Assembly: GCA_965213685.1 (NCBI GenBank)
Contig: CBDBZY010000038.1
Span: forward strand, 32,001 to 96,000
DNA: 64,000 bases
Reading direction: 5' to 3'
Source: a bacterium
GTDB taxonomy: Bacteria > UBA8248
Made by a program: the position numbers and the translations under genes. Under the pieces are notes generated by a model. It saw only the letters and a list, made by a program, of their open reading frames with translations, had not been told where the DNA came from and searched no databases. Below, piece after piece: positions 61,270-64,000 of the stretch (position 1 is the first letter of the stretch; every line of letters starts with the position of its first letter).

Positions 61270-61390
61270 AAAATCAGCGCAACCGCCAAACGGGGCGCGA
61301 CGGGATGCGGGGGCGTTCGCCGCCTCGCCGTCATCGCCTGTGAGTATATGTCCCTCCGCGCACTCCGTGTCAATCGCGCGGTGGGGCTTT

Positions 61391-63188
<1,798 letters not shown>

Positions 63189-63269
63189 TGTTCGACTCCT
63201 TTCACCTTGTGGGTCCGTTCCACTCCTCCGAATCCGTCCAGGTTTCCGTCTTCCCCAACCCCAAACGCC

Positions 63270-64000
63270 TCAACGCGGAGACGCCGCTCGCTGCCGCTCC
63301 CGCAGGAGCGCGTTTTTCCGCTCCAGCAATTTCCACAGATTGGGGGAATCCTCCCCCTCCTCCCTGCGCGTCCGCTCGATGCGCTTCAGCAAATCCTCTT
63401 CCTGCTTTCGGCGACGACGCTCCCGGAGCCTCCCGACGCAATCGAGCAACTCCGCCTCCACGTCGTCGGGCGCCACCTCCACGACGGCCAACTCCACCAC
63501 GAGTGCGCGCGCGGCGGGGTTCTCCAGCCTGTCCGCCAGGGAGGCCGGCGTAAGCGAAGCCGCCCCCGGCGCCTTCATGAGGAAGAGCGCCTCGTTCACC
63601 GCCGGGTCGGTTATCAGGTCGTCGGGCACCTCGGACGCCAGCACCGGCCGCATGAGCAAAAGCTGCAAGGCGTCCAGCTCGACTTTGGGGCGCCCGACGC
63701 TCCCGCCCAGCAGGTTGACCTGCTCGCGCTCCCGATGGGGCGGGCGCTCGCGAGCGTCTTCCGCCAGCATGCGCCGCGTCATGGAGGCCAGCGTGGGATA
63801 GGGAATCCCGAGCTGATCTTCCAGCAAGGCGAAATATTGTTCCTGAACGCTCCGGTGGCAAGCCCCCAGGATGGGCAAAAGCCGCCGGATCGCCTCGATC
63901 TTCTCCGTCTGGCCCGCCCCGGCGGCGACTCCGGGCCATCGCAGTCCTGACGGTATTCTCCAGAATTCCCTCCGCCGAGGAGAGAATCCGGGCGAAATCA
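63270..64000 (-). CDS. dnaG: Probable C-terminal part of DNA primase (runs off the window)
   Basis: Helical C-terminal region immediately upstream of rpoD; catalytic motifs lie outside the window, so the call rests largely on position. Confidence 0.6.
   Translation of the reverse strand, partial: ISPGFSPRRREFWRIPSGLRWPGVAAGAGQTEKIEAIRRLLPILGACHRSVQEQYFALLEDQLGIPYPTLASMTRRMLAEDARERPPHREREQVNLLGGSVGRPKVELDALQLLLMRPVLASEVPDDLITDPAVNEALFLMKAPGAASLTPASLADRLENPAARALVVELAVVEVAPDDVEAELLDCVGRLRERRRRKQEEDLLKRIERTRREEGEDSPNLWKLLERKNALLRERQRAASPR

Overview
GC-rich bacterial chromosomal segment with two parts. (1) ~1-28.8 kb is accessory/metabolic: the 3' part of a class II B12-dependent ribonucleotide reductase (nrdJ), tRNA-Ala(CGC), a minus-strand run (Zn-dehydrogenase, queF, orphan xanthine-dehydrogenase-family Mo subunit, an AhpD/CMD-family gene with an in-frame UGA in a CxxU motif followed by a SECIS-like hairpin, and a sugar O-methyltransferase flanked by a 175-bp direct repeat), an RND pump, an AT-richer two-gene DUF6978-like/DUF1828-like insert, E1 alpha/beta dehydrogenase genes, a MauG/CCP protein, a CoA-transferase, a split NitT/TauT ABC transporter and tRNA-Asp. 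(2) ~28.9-64 kb is core, all on the minus strand: dnaG(3')-rpoD-tRNA-Ile2-Zn-ribbon-rnhA-rnpB-ilvA-purH-folC-folP-TauE-panE-panB, then the dcw cluster (mraZ to ftsZ, no ddl) followed by pgeF-yggS-proC-yggT-divIVA-mtnA. Many essential genes (ftsZ, ftsA, ftsI, rpoD, folP) are broken by single-base indels, mostly in homopolymers, which points to uncorrected long-read errors rather than pseudogenes. Best leads: a candidate unannotated AhpD-like selenoprotein; a tandem pair of 85-nt structured units with compensatory base changes, each ending in ACCA, between nrdJ and tRNA-Ala; the repeat-flanked methyltransferase cassette; and the DUF6978/DUF1828-like toxin/defence-type module. Family assignments are from motif recognition only; no searches were run.
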